A stretch of 64,000 bases of DNA from a bacterium. GTDB taxonomy: Bacteria > Krumholzibacteriota > Krumholzibacteriia > LZORAL124-64-63. Made by a program: the position numbers and the translations under genes. Every line of letters starts with the position of its first letter. Position 1 is the stretch's first letter. The stretch spans positions 2,211-66,210 of the forward strand of contig JAHIYU010000072.1 of the NCBI GenBank assembly GCA_018814885.1, given 5' to 3'. A model generated the notes under the pieces. The model made no database searches. It worked only from the letters and a program-made list of their open reading frames with translations, and was not told where the DNA came from. Below, in pieces: positions 45,809 to 55,382 of this stretch.

Positions 45809-47338
45809 TCATTCGTAGTCGAGGCGGCTGGGATCGTCGGCCGGCCGCTGCCGCGAGGACGTCCAGAGGTCCAGGAAGAGCCGATACACCCCCTGTCGAT
45901 ACAGGATCGATTCCGCGTAACGCACGGACATGTCGCCGCGATAATAGCCGTGCCGCGCCTGCGGATAGTGGATGCGCTCGCGCTTGCGCTTGAGCCCCAC
46001 CTCCACGTTGTCGCGCCACTTGTTGGGATCGAGTTCGGCGTCCATGGCCAGCCGGCGCGCGTCGTTCATGTGCCCGAAACCGGCGTGGTACGTGGCCAGG
46101 GTGAAGTACCAGCGGTCCTCTTCGTCCAGGTATTGGTAGCTGCGGTGGATCTCGGCCAGATGGGCCACGCCCGCGCGTATGTTCGTCTCCGGGTCGAGGA
46201 GGGCGGCCGAGTCGGCGTCGGAGAACCTGGGCAGCAGCTGCATCAGGCCCACCGCGCCGGCGCCGCTGTGGGCGTCGGGGTCGAACCGCGATTCCTGAAA
46301 GATCAGCGAGGCCACGAGAATCCAGTCCAGCCCGTGGCTCGCGCTGACCTCGCGGATCACGTCGTCCCAGGGAGAGAGCCTTCCCGTGCGGTCGGGCCGG
46401 AGCTCGTCCTGACGATAGTAGCGCACCTGGCGCGGGTCGTTGAAATACCTGTCTTCGAGCACGCCGTAGGCCTGGCTGCGCTTGGCGCCGTCGGGCGACG
46501 GCCGGTAGTGACGTCTCAGGAAACGATCCAGCGCGGCCTTCAGGTCGGGGCTGTTGCGTCTGACGACCCAGCACTGGGCCACTTCCCCGGTCAGGGCCGG
46601 GCCCAACCGCAGGTCAGGATGCATGATGCGCGCGGCCTCCACCGCCCTGGCGCTGGCCACGGTGGCGGTGATCTGTCCGCTGGCGACCCGGCGCAGGAGT
46701 TCTTCCTCGCTCCACCTGGGCCTGGCCGTCACGATGCGCAGTTCGAGCCCCCGCTCGTCCCGGATTTTGCGGAGCAGGTCCACCATCGGGGAGCGGGGCT
46801 GCACGTGGATGACGAGTCCGTTCAGGTCGTCGAGCGACGTCATCTCGCCCGCCGACGCGTTGAGCACGACGTGCTCCCGGGTATGGGCATAGGCTCTGGT
46901 CAGATCGCCGCGCCGCTTGAGATCGTTGCTGGCGGTGAAGCCGCCGGACACCAGGTCGCCCCGACCCTCGTTGAGCAGTGTGAACGGCCCCTCGCCGGGA
47001 CCGGGCGTGACGACCTCCAGCCTCAGGTTCCACTCGCGGGCGAAGATCGCCGCCAGTTCGTATTCGAAGCCGGTCTCCTCGCCGTTGAGCACGAGGTACG
47101 AGGGGGGGCCGGGAAAGGTGATGATCCTCAGCACGCCCTCGGCCTGGATGTTCGACAGGTCCCTGTTCAGCTGCGGCGTCCAGACGCGCTTCACGACGTC
47201 GCCCGCGGCGGGCAGAGTGCGCGCGTCATCGACGGGCTGCTGGCAACCGGCCACGGCCAGGCTCAGCACGGCCACGATCCCCGCTCGACGGGCGAGGGAT
47301 CGACCGGCGCAGGTATGTTTCGTCGCGATGGTCTTCAT
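45809..47338 (-). CDS. mltF: Membrane-bound lytic murein transglycosylase F (solute-binding domain + SLT domain lipoprotein)
   Basis: Lipobox LAVAGC. N-terminal SBP_bac_3-like domain. C-terminal SLT block ESRFDPDAHSGAGAVGLMQLLP. Confidence 0.8.
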   Translation of the reverse strand: MKTIATKHTCAGRSLARRAGIVAVLSLAVAGCQQPVDDARTLPAAGDVVKRVWTPQLNRDLSNIQAEGVLRIITFPGPPSYLVLNGEETGFEYELAAIFAREWNLRLEVVTPGPGEGPFTLLNEGRGDLVSGGFTASNDLKRRGDLTRAYAHTREHVVLNASAGEMTSLDDLNGLVIHVQPRSPMVDLLRKIRDERGLELRIVTARPRWSEEELLRRVASGQITATVASARAVEAARIMHPDLRLGPALTGEVAQCWVVRRNSPDLKAALDRFLRRHYRPSPDGAKRSQAYGVLEDRYFNDPRQVRYYRQDELRPDRTGRLSPWDDVIREVSASHGLDWILVASLIFQESRFDPDAHSGAGAVGLMQLLPRFSDADSAALLDPETNIRAGVAHLAEIHRSYQYLDEEDRWYFTLATYHAGFGHMNDARRLAMDAELDPNKWRDNVEVGLKRKRERIHYPQARHGYYRGDMSVRYAESILYRQGVYRLFLDLWTSSRQRPADDPSRLDYE

Positions 47339-47537
47339 GGCCCGATGTTAACGGCAGCGCCGAGCGCGGGGAAGGCCGGAAGTCGTTGAAATCCGTGATC
47401 AAATCGGGACAAATGTACGGTATTATATATACTGGTGAAGATTGGTCATGTGCTCGCATGGTCGCCGCGGCGGCATCCCATTGGTGTGCCCGGGGAAGGC
47501 TGCGGGCTGTAAGGTGTCAATTTGCAGGAGGTTGAAA

Positions 47538-50500
47538 ATGCACCGCAGGTTCCTCACACTCGTACTCTTGAGCGCGGCTCTCGTCGTATCCGGCTCTTCT
47601 TTCGCCGGGGGCCACGAAGGTTACGCCTTCCTGGATCGTCTGGATGAAGCCCGTGAATCCGGCGCCCTCTCGGCGGACGAGGCTCTGCTCTACAAGTTCT
47701 ATTACGTGTTCGATCAGGACAAGCTGCCTGTCGACTACCGCCCGGACAGCTTTCCGCCCCTGAAGTGCGCCACGCCCCTGATCCAGGAATTCGAGCAGTC
47801 CCGCGGCTCACTGCAGGACGCCACGGTCGCCTCGGTGGAAGCCATGCTGGCGCCCAAGGGCGGCGACAAGGCCACGTACATCAGTCCGTCCGGGATCTTC
47901 CGCTTCACCTACCTGACGACCGGCGGCGACGCCGTGCCGTCGACCGACACCAATCCCGCCAACGGCATCCCGGATTTCGTGGAGTGGTGTGCCGGCTATA
48001 TGGATTATTCCTGGGATTTCGAGATCACCACGATGGGCTTCACCGCGCCCCCGCTGAGCCCCTACTACGAGATGAACTTCGAGAGCATGGGCGCCTACGG
48101 CTACACGCAAGTCGTCACCGGCACGAGAACGCGGATCACGCTCCACAACACCTTCCTGGGCTTCCCGGCCAATGACGACCCCGAGGGCAACCAGAAGGGC
48201 GCCGCCAAGGTCACCTGCGCCCACGAGTTCAAGCACGCCTCCCAGCGCGCCCAGTCCGGCTGGTCCGAGGGCGGCTGGGTCGAGCTGGATGCGACCTGGA
48301 TGGAGGACATCGCCTACGACGTGGTCAACGACTACTACAACTACCTCTGGTCGGGCTGCGGCATCACCTCCCCGCAGCTGTCCCTCGACGACGGGGGCAG
48401 CGGCTCCTACGAGGACTGCATCTGGCAGCACTGGATGAGCGAGACCTTCGGCAACCAGATCATCATCGACTTCTGGAACTGGCGTTCGTCGCATACGTCC
48501 CAGTTGGTGCTGTCCTCGTACAACGCCATCCTGGCCACGTACGGCTCCTCGCTGGCGGAGGGCTACGGTCTATTCAGCGGCTGGAACTTCCCCACCAACA
48601 TCCGTGCCCTGCCCGGGATCGGCTACGAGGAGGCCGCCGACTTCCCGAACAGCTCGGTAACCTCGCACGCCTCCTATCCCTACACCACGAACGGCACGCT
48701 GGACCACCTGGCCGCCAAGATGCTCTATCTCGGCGGGTTCCAGGCCGGCGAGCCGGGAACGCTGCACATCGCGTTCGACGGCGACGACGCCACTTCCATG
48801 CGGCTGGTCGCCGTGATCAGGAAACGGGATGGTACGGGCGTGTTCGAGCCGATTCCCCTGGACTTCTTCATGGACGCCGACGTGGAACTCAGCGTCCCCT
48901 TAGCCGAGATCTACACGGTCGGCATCGTCGCCTCCAACACAGCCCAAACGGGAACGGCCCGCCCCTGGTCGATCACCATCAGCAAGAACCTGCCCGACCC
49001 CCTGGTCGACCTGAGCAGCCCGACCCTCGACGCGGAGCTGGACATCGACGCGACCGGCATGCAGGGCCTGACCATCACCAACGTCGGCGCTGCGGGCTCG
49101 ATCCTCGCCTACGACGTCGTCCTGATGCAGGATTCGCCCGTGGCCAAGACCGCCGCTCCCCGCAGCCTGTCCGTGCCCAGCCGCGAGCAGACCCGCGCCA
49201 TGCCCGAACTGCAGCGGGGAGGCGAGCTCGCGCCCTCGCGCTACGCCGGCGACTGCGAGTTCGGCAACACCGACCTGGGCAGCGTCCAGGGCTATTACGG
49301 TACGTGGTGGTACGGCAACGAGGTCTATGCCTACCGCATCAACCCGGCGGACTACGACTGCAGCATCTGCGACGCCGGCTTCAACGTGCGGGCCATGCAC
49401 ATGGTGCTCTACCTCGAGCCGACCTCGACGCCCGGCATGGTGGCCCACCTGATGGAGGCCTCCGGCGACTGCACCACGCCCGGCGCGATCATCGACAGCT
49501 CCGCTCCGATGACCGTCTCCGGCATCGCGGCGGCGGGACTGTACATCATCGAGATCCCCTGCGATTTCGTCTGCTCCGACATGGGCGCCGAGTACTTCCT
49601 GGCCGTGGAGTTCACCGACACCAACGGCCCGGTGGGCATCGCCATCGACACCACGCCGCAGAGCTGCGTCTGCTACAACGACTGGGGTTCCGGCTGGGTG
49701 GACGTCGTGTCCCAGTACAGCTTCGCCGGCGACTTCTTCATCTATGCCGACGTGGACTGCTGCGGCGAACCCGACCCCGAGGTCACGGTGATCCAGCCCA
49801 ACGGCGGCGAGTTCGTGGCCGTGGGCGCGTCGCTCGACATGAGCTGGACCGCCACGCTCCTGACCGACGTCAAGATCGACCTGAGCCGCAACAACGGCGG
49901 CGTCTGGGAGACGGTGCTGGCCACGACGCCCAACGACGGCGCCCAGTCCGACATCGCCACCGGACCCACCTCGAACCAGTGCCTGCTCCGCGTCAGCAGC
50001 CTCGACGACCTGTACACCGACGTCAGCGACGCGGTCTTCACCATCTACGACACGGTCCCCTGGCTGTCCGTGGACATCGACAACGGCGACCTGGGCCTGG
50101 GCGAGAACGACCTGCTGACCTTCACCTTCGACGCGACGGGACTGGCCGAAGGCGTCTACACCGGCTACGCGGTGTTCTTCAGCAACGCCGCGTCCTCGCC
50201 GGACGTGGTCACCGCCACCCTGACCGTCAACGACCCGGGCACCGCCGTGGGCGACTCGCCCCACGTCTTCGCCCTGAAGGGCAACTATCCCAACCCGTTC
50301 AACCCGTCCACCAAGGTGAGCTTCGCCATCCCGGAGGCCGGGCAGGTCACCATCGACGTGCTCGACCTGCAGGGCCGCGTCGTGCGTACGCTGCATTCCG
50401 GACACCTCGACGCCGGCTTCGCCAGTGTGGTCTGGGACGGTACCGACGTCGACGGCCGCCAGATGGCGTCCGGCACCTACATGGCGCGCCTGAGCGCCGC

Positions 50501-50540
50501 CGGCCGCACGGCCACCCACAAGATGACCCTGGCCAAGTAG
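47538..50540 (+). CDS. Secreted ~1000-aa putative zinc metalloprotease (HExxH) with C-terminal FlgD-Ig-like / T9SS-type sorting domain
   Basis: AGGAGG RBS before ATG 47538. Signal peptide MHRRFLTLVLLSAALVVSGSSFAGG. CAHEFKHASQ supplies HExxH. Tail LKGNYPNPFNPSTKVSFAIP...YMARLSAAGRTATHKMTLAK. Confidence 0.6.
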   Translation: MHRRFLTLVLLSAALVVSGSSFAGGHEGYAFLDRLDEARESGALSADEALLYKFYYVFDQDKLPVDYRPDSFPPLKCATPLIQEFEQSRGSLQDATVASVEAMLAPKGGDKATYISPSGIFRFTYLTTGGDAVPSTDTNPANGIPDFVEWCAGYMDYSWDFEITTMGFTAPPLSPYYEMNFESMGAYGYTQVVTGTRTRITLHNTFLGFPANDDPEGNQKGAAKVTCAHEFKHASQRAQSGWSEGGWVELDATWMEDIAYDVVNDYYNYLWSGCGITSPQLSLDDGGSGSYEDCIWQHWMSETFGNQIIIDFWNWRSSHTSQLVLSSYNAILATYGSSLAEGYGLFSGWNFPTNIRALPGIGYEEAADFPNSSVTSHASYPYTTNGTLDHLAAKMLYLGGFQAGEPGTLHIAFDGDDATSMRLVAVIRKRDGTGVFEPIPLDFFMDADVELSVPLAEIYTVGIVASNTAQTGTARPWSITISKNLPDPLVDLSSPTLDAELDIDATGMQGLTITNVGAAGSILAYDVVLMQDSPVAKTAAPRSLSVPSREQTRAMPELQRGGELAPSRYAGDCEFGNTDLGSVQGYYGTWWYGNEVYAYRINPADYDCSICDAGFNVRAMHMVLYLEPTSTPGMVAHLMEASGDCTTPGAIIDSSAPMTVSGIAAAGLYIIEIPCDFVCSDMGAEYFLAVEFTDTNGPVGIAIDTTPQSCVCYNDWGSGWVDVVSQYSFAGDFFIYADVDCCGEPDPEVTVIQPNGGEFVAVGASLDMSWTATLLTDVKIDLSRNNGGVWETVLATTPNDGAQSDIATGPTSNQCLLRVSSLDDLYTDVSDAVFTIYDTVPWLSVDIDNGDLGLGENDLLTFTFDATGLAEGVYTGYAVFFSNAASSPDVVTATLTVNDPGTAVGDSPHVFALKGNYPNPFNPSTKVSFAIPEAGQVTIDVLDLQGRVVRTLHSGHLDAGFASVVWDGTDVDGRQMASGTYMARLSAAGRTATHKMTLAK

Positions 50541-50670
50541 ACGGCCCCGGCCATCGCATCGGACGGCGCCCCCCGCGGGGGGCGCCGTTTTCGGTGACGC
50601 CCGGGCGTGCAGGATGTATCCTGTGGACCGTCCGACGCCAGTCCGGATCATTCACGGGGGGCCGCGCGAC

Positions 50671-50985
50671 ATGGAGGACATCCGCGCCTACACGGGCACG
50701 CTGGTGCTGGATCTGTCCCTGCCGCACGCCGCGAGCCTGAAGGACCGGCGCAAGAGCCTGCGTTCGCTGATCGACCGTCTGCTCCAGATGGATTTCGCGG
50801 TGGCCCAGATCGGCCCCGCGGACCTCGCGCAGCGCGCCTTCGTGGCCGTGAGCGCCGTCACCGGCAACGCCTCGAGGCTGGACGAGCGCCTCGACGAGGC
50901 GGAGCGCATCGTCTTCCAGTCGGAGTTCGACGTCCGCGTCCGGTACCGTGACACCGCGAGCTGGTCGGATTCGTCCCGCAGCTAG
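50671..50985 (+). CDS. DUF503 (YlxP-like) family protein
   Basis: About 104 aa. GTLVLDLSLPHAASLKDRRKSLRSLIDRL matches the DUF503 N-terminal pattern. Start chosen at the internal Met of the longer ORF. Confidence 0.55.
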   Translation: MEDIRAYTGTLVLDLSLPHAASLKDRRKSLRSLIDRLLQMDFAVAQIGPADLAQRAFVAVSAVTGNASRLDERLDEAERIVFQSEFDVRVRYRDTASWSDSSRS

Positions 50986-51014
50986 CCGTCCATTCCCGAC
51001 ACAGAAAGCCGAGC

Positions 51015-51632
51015 ATGAAAGCGATCGATCTCAGCCATACCCTGTTTGCCGGCATGGACGTCTATCCCGGCGACGAGACCGTGCCCGCCATCGACCGCCT
51101 GTCCGATCACGGGGACGGGCAGCACCGCAGCTCTGCGTTCGGCATGGGGTGCCACACCGGTACGCACATCGACCTGCCGCTCCATTTCAAGGCGGGGGAG
51201 CCGGCGCTCGAGTCCTTTCCCCTGGAGGGCTGCTTCGGCCGGGCGCGCGTCTTCGCGGCGCCGCCGGGCCGGATCACGGCCGCCGCCCTCGACGGCGCCG
51301 ACCTCTCCGGCCTCGACTTCGTGCTGCTGCGCACCGGCTGGGAACGGCACTGGGGCACGCCCCGCTACTACCGGGACTGGCCGTGGCTGGATCCCGGTCT
51401 GGCCGACCTGCTCGCCGGCGCCGGGTTGCGCGGCGTGGGCCTGGACAGCCCCAGCGTCGATCCGCTCGGGGCACGGGCCTCCCACGAGAGGCTCGCCGCG
51501 GCGGGGCTGGTCAACGTCGAGAACCTGGCGAATCTCGACCGCCTGCCGGATGAGGGTTTCCTGTTCGCGGCGTTGCCACTTAGACTCGAGGGGGCCGAGG
51601 CGTCGCCGGTACGCGCCGTGGCCCTGATCTGA
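51015..51632 (+). CDS. Cyclase-family protein (kynurenine formamidase-like, PF04199)
   Basis: Metal-binding block CHTGTHIDLPLHF typical of the putative cyclase / arylformamidase family. Confidence 0.7.
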   Translation: MKAIDLSHTLFAGMDVYPGDETVPAIDRLSDHGDGQHRSSAFGMGCHTGTHIDLPLHFKAGEPALESFPLEGCFGRARVFAAPPGRITAAALDGADLSGLDFVLLRTGWERHWGTPRYYRDWPWLDPGLADLLAGAGLRGVGLDSPSVDPLGARASHERLAAAGLVNVENLANLDRLPDEGFLFAALPLRLEGAEASPVRAVALI

Positions 51633-51647
51633 ACGACGGGAGAGGCC

Positions 51648-52589
51648 TTGCTGCTCGGACTGCTCCATTCGGCGCTCGGTATCGTCCTGCTGGTGGGCGG
51701 CGCCACGCTGCTGGTCAAGGGCAGTTCCAAGCTCGCCGACCTGCTGGGCGTGCCGCCGGTGCTGATCGGCCTGACGGTGGTCGCCTGGGGAACCTCGGTC
51801 CCGGAACTGGTCGTCGCCCTGGCGGCGGCGGCGCAAGGCAGCTCGGGGATCGTGCTGGGCAACGTGGTCGGCTCCAATCTCGCCAACACGGGCCTGATCC
51901 TGGGCCTGGCCGCCATGCTCATGGCGCCCCGGGTGGAGCGCCGCCTGTGGACCTTCGACGTGCCGGCGCTGCTGGCCTCGACGGCTCTGTTCGTCATCTT
52001 CCTGGCCGACGGCGACATCGACGGTCTGGAAGGGGGCGTGTTGATGGCGGTGTTCGGATTCGTGACCTTCATGACCGTGCGCAAAGCGTTCCTCCACCCC
52101 CGCGCGATCGAGCTTCCGGAGGAGCCGAAGCCCCTGGCCAAGGGCGTGACGGTCAATCTCCTGATCGCGGTGCTGGGCGTGGCGGGACTGGTGGTCGGCG
52201 GTCAGCTGCTCGTCAAGGCGGCGATCCGGCTCGCCGAGGCCCTGGGCGTCTCCGACATGGTGATCGGACTGACTCTGGTGGCCGTGGGTACGAGCCTGCC
52301 CGAACTGGCCACGACGCTGGTTGCCGCCGTGCGCCGCGAATGCGGTATCGCCCTGGGCAACGTGATAGGTTCCAACATCTTCAACCTGCTGGCCGTGTCC
52401 GGTCCGGCCGCCCTGATCCGGCCCATCGTCCTCGGCGAGGGCGGCGTGTGGCGCGAGACGGGGGGCCTGATCGCGATCACGCTGCTCCTGCCGCTCCTGC
52501 TGGTCGGACGCGAGCGGATGACCCGCGCCGGCGGTCTGGCCCTGCTGCTGCTCTACTGTGCGTTCATCACCTGGCGCATCGTCGCTTGA
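51648..52589 (+). CDS. Calcium/sodium antiporter (CaCA family, YrbG-like)
   Basis: Two alpha-repeat motifs GTSVPEL and GTSLPEL. Ten TM helices. TTG start. Confidence 0.8.
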   Translation: MLLGLLHSALGIVLLVGGATLLVKGSSKLADLLGVPPVLIGLTVVAWGTSVPELVVALAAAAQGSSGIVLGNVVGSNLANTGLILGLAAMLMAPRVERRLWTFDVPALLASTALFVIFLADGDIDGLEGGVLMAVFGFVTFMTVRKAFLHPRAIELPEEPKPLAKGVTVNLLIAVLGVAGLVVGGQLLVKAAIRLAEALGVSDMVIGLTLVAVGTSLPELATTLVAAVRRECGIALGNVIGSNIFNLLAVSGPAALIRPIVLGEGGVWRETGGLIAITLLLPLLLVGRERMTRAGGLALLLLYCAFITWRIVA

Positions 52590-52603
52590 ATCCGGGAGAA
52601 GGC

Positions 52604-53389
52604 ATGCCGTCAAACAAGAATGACAAGCGGGGCGAACCGGTCGTCGCCAAGGCAGGCGATGCCAAGCCGGATTCCCGGGGGCTGGCCCGCAGGATCGCCA
52701 AGGCCGGCTACGCGACGCGCCGGCAGGCCGAGGAGATGGTACGCTCGGGCCGCGTGCGCGTGGACGGCAAGCGGCGTCTGGATCCCTACATGTCCATCGC
52801 GCAGGACCAGGAAATCCTGATCGATGGCGTGCCCATGGCCGAGGTCATCCGTTCGTACTTCGCCTTCTACAAGCCCGACGACATGTCCACCAATCCCACG
52901 GCAGGACATCGCACCCGCCTTCTGGGCGAGTTCATCCCGCGGGACGTGCCCGGTATCCGGGCGGCCGGACGTCTGGACGCCGGCACCACGGGTCTGCTGC
53001 TGCTCTCGAACGACAGCGCCTGGAACGCCGCGGCCGCCAGCGGCCACGGCTTCGACAAGGAGTTCCTGGTGACGGTGACCGGCGCCATCTCTGACGACCA
53101 GATCGAGGTCATGGCCGCGGGCGTGCAGCTGCCGCGCGTGGGCCACCTGCACCCGTCGCTGGTGCGCGTCGAGAGTCGTTTCGACCACAATACGGTCTTC
53201 CGCATCGCCCTGGGCGGCGGCAAGGTCCGCCAGATCCGGGCGCTGTGCGCGGCGATGCACCTGAAGATCGAGAAGATACACCGCGTGCGCATCGGTCCCG
53301 TCAAGCTGGGCCTGCTCAAGCCGGGCCGCTATCGCCCGCTGTCGAAGGCCGAGATCGAGGGGATCCGGGAGGGGGCGGGTAGTCGATGA
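52604..53389 (+). CDS. Pseudouridine synthase (RsuA/RluB family, S4 RNA-binding domain)
   Basis: GGGAGAAGG RBS. S4 domain region, then catalytic block GRLDAGTTGLLLLSND with the conserved Asp. Confidence 0.8.
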   Translation: MPSNKNDKRGEPVVAKAGDAKPDSRGLARRIAKAGYATRRQAEEMVRSGRVRVDGKRRLDPYMSIAQDQEILIDGVPMAEVIRSYFAFYKPDDMSTNPTAGHRTRLLGEFIPRDVPGIRAAGRLDAGTTGLLLLSNDSAWNAAAASGHGFDKEFLVTVTGAISDDQIEVMAAGVQLPRVGHLHPSLVRVESRFDHNTVFRIALGGGKVRQIRALCAAMHLKIEKIHRVRIGPVKLGLLKPGRYRPLSKAEIEGIREGAGSR

Positions 53390-54135
53390 GGGCGCATGGT
53401 AATAGCGTCCGCTCCGTCGCACCCGGTAAACCTGCCGAAACCGGTGACTTCCTCTTGAAGCGCAGATATAGACTCGTTTCGTCTTGGCTACCCGGTGATA
53501 TCGATACGATGCTAGATTTCGGTTGTGGCAATGGCGCGCAGACGATCCTGTTTGCTGACCACGCCAGGAAAATCTATGGTCTGGATGTTTCTGAAAGTTA
53601 TCTAAATGACTTCCGCAAGCATGCTCGTGAGTTGGGATTGGAGAACAGCCTGGAGGCAGTGCATTATGATGGTCGGAACATACCTGTTTCAGATGGCTCC
53701 ATCGATTGTCTGACGACCTTCGAGGTGCTCGAGCACGTACCGGATGAAATGCATGCGTTATCTGAAATCTATAGAGTTCTTGCGCCCGGAGGCCTGCTTT
53801 TCATCACCGTTCCCAACCGATGGTGGATCTTCGAAACCCATGGCGCCGACCTTCCGCTTCTGCCCTGGAATCGTGTCCCATTCTTCAGCTGGCTACCCAA
53901 GCGAATTCATGATCGATATGCAAGAGCAAGAATCTATGGGCGCGATGAGATCGTGAGGGAACTGGTCGAAGCGGGGTTTCTGATCCGGGACGTCATGTAC
54001 ATCACCGCTCCAATGGATGTCGTCAAATGGCGCAGGCTCAGGGATTTTCTCAGAAAAACGGTTTTCAGGGGAGATACGACGAGAGTTCCCATCTTGGCGA
54101 CAGCTATACTTGCTGTAGCCATGAAGCCCGAATAG
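53386..54135 (+). CDS. Class I SAM-dependent methyltransferase; low-GC gene
   Basis: Motif I LDFGCGNG and motif post-I IYGLDVS. ATGA overlap with the upstream gene. GC about 48%. Confidence 0.7.
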   Translation: MRAHGNSVRSVAPGKPAETGDFLLKRRYRLVSSWLPGDIDTMLDFGCGNGAQTILFADHARKIYGLDVSESYLNDFRKHARELGLENSLEAVHYDGRNIPVSDGSIDCLTTFEVLEHVPDEMHALSEIYRVLAPGGLLFITVPNRWWIFETHGADLPLLPWNRVPFFSWLPKRIHDRYARARIYGRDEIVRELVEAGFLIRDVMYITAPMDVVKWRRLRDFLRKTVFRGDTTRVPILATAILAVAMKPE

Positions 54136-54221
54136 GGTTTATTGTTGAAAATGTATCTCTAATAGGGTATTCTAATCACGATTGATCCTCGCCCATATTT
54201 ATTGTCAGAAAGGAAAGCACT

Positions 54222-55319
54222 ATGCGTACGATCATCTCGATCGGTCTTATGGTTTTCTTGCTCCCGGTTTTCACGGCGAGTGCCCTGCTGGCGACTACCA
54301 TCGTCGTTGATCATGCTGGCAGCGGCGACTACACGACCATCGGTGAGGCGGTGACAGCCGCTCCCTCCGGTGCGGAGATCGTCATCATGCCAGGCACATA
54401 TCCGGAGTTCGTGATCGTCGCGAAGTCGCTGACGTTCACAGCCAATGGCCTACCGGGCTCTGTCATCTGGGATGGTGAGAACAGCCACCGCATCCTCAAG
54501 GTGCGCACGCCGATCGCGGTCTCGTTCACTGGTATCGAATTCCGTGATGGCTTCGACCCGATCGAGGATGGATGCGGAGTCGCCATTCACATCGACACCG
54601 GAGCGGTTGTGACGATCGACCAGTGCCGTTTCATCAATAATCACGCGAGCTGGGATGGCGCCGTGTTTGCGGGCCTGAGTGGTACATCGGTCACGATCAC
54701 CAACAGCCACTTCGAGGATAATTATGCCTATCATAATTGCCCCGCGGCCGGCGTGCTTCTCGATGCGGAAATGGTGATCGACAACTGCACATTCATCGAC
54801 AATATCTGTTCAAACATCTCGGGAGCCGTCGCATCATGGCAAGCCGATCTCTCGGTTCAGCATTGTCTATTCGCGGGGAATACGGGTGGAACTGCGGGTG
54901 CAATCCTCGTGAGTGGTGGCGGTGGGGATATCTACAACAACACATTTCACGACAACCACGGCGGTAATGTCGTCCTCATCTCGACCTCCTCTCCTTATTC
55001 GTACCATCACAATATCATGACCATCAACACCTCGGGTGGGGGACTTTACATGTCCAGCGGTATAACCCACGGCTGCAACCTGTTCTATGAAATCGCTGGA
55101 GACGAGGTGTCCGGAGGCCTGGCACCCGACGAGATCGTCGCCGATCCGTTGTATTGCGATTATACCGTCGGGGATTTCAACCTGTGCTACATGTCTCCGG
55201 CCCTGCCGGAGAACAACGGTTGTGGCATGATGGGGGCGTTCTCCATGGGATGTACGACATGTGGGCCTATCGCCAACGAAGATAGGGCCTGGGGTGACGT
55301 CAAGAAGATGTACGACTGA
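54222..55319 (+). CDS. Secreted right-handed beta-helix repeat protein carrying the conserved C-terminal WGxVKxLY tag (paralog of 10573..11601)
   Basis: Signal peptide MRTIISIGLMVFLLPVFTASA. Beta-helix rungs (CRFINN, SHFEDN, CTFIDN, CLFAGN, NTFHDN). C-terminus ...NEDRAWGDVKKMYD-stop. AT-rich promoter-like leader 54136..54221. Confidence 0.6.
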   Translation: MRTIISIGLMVFLLPVFTASALLATTIVVDHAGSGDYTTIGEAVTAAPSGAEIVIMPGTYPEFVIVAKSLTFTANGLPGSVIWDGENSHRILKVRTPIAVSFTGIEFRDGFDPIEDGCGVAIHIDTGAVVTIDQCRFINNHASWDGAVFAGLSGTSVTITNSHFEDNYAYHNCPAAGVLLDAEMVIDNCTFIDNICSNISGAVASWQADLSVQHCLFAGNTGGTAGAILVSGGGGDIYNNTFHDNHGGNVVLISTSSPYSYHHNIMTINTSGGGLYMSSGITHGCNLFYEIAGDEVSGGLAPDEIVADPLYCDYTVGDFNLCYMSPALPENNGCGMMGAFSMGCTTCGPIANEDRAWGDVKKMYD

Positions 55320-55382
55320 TCTCCGGTGCAATGGGATCGATAAAGGCGGCCGATATCTGGCCGCCTTTTCCTTGGCAGCTGC

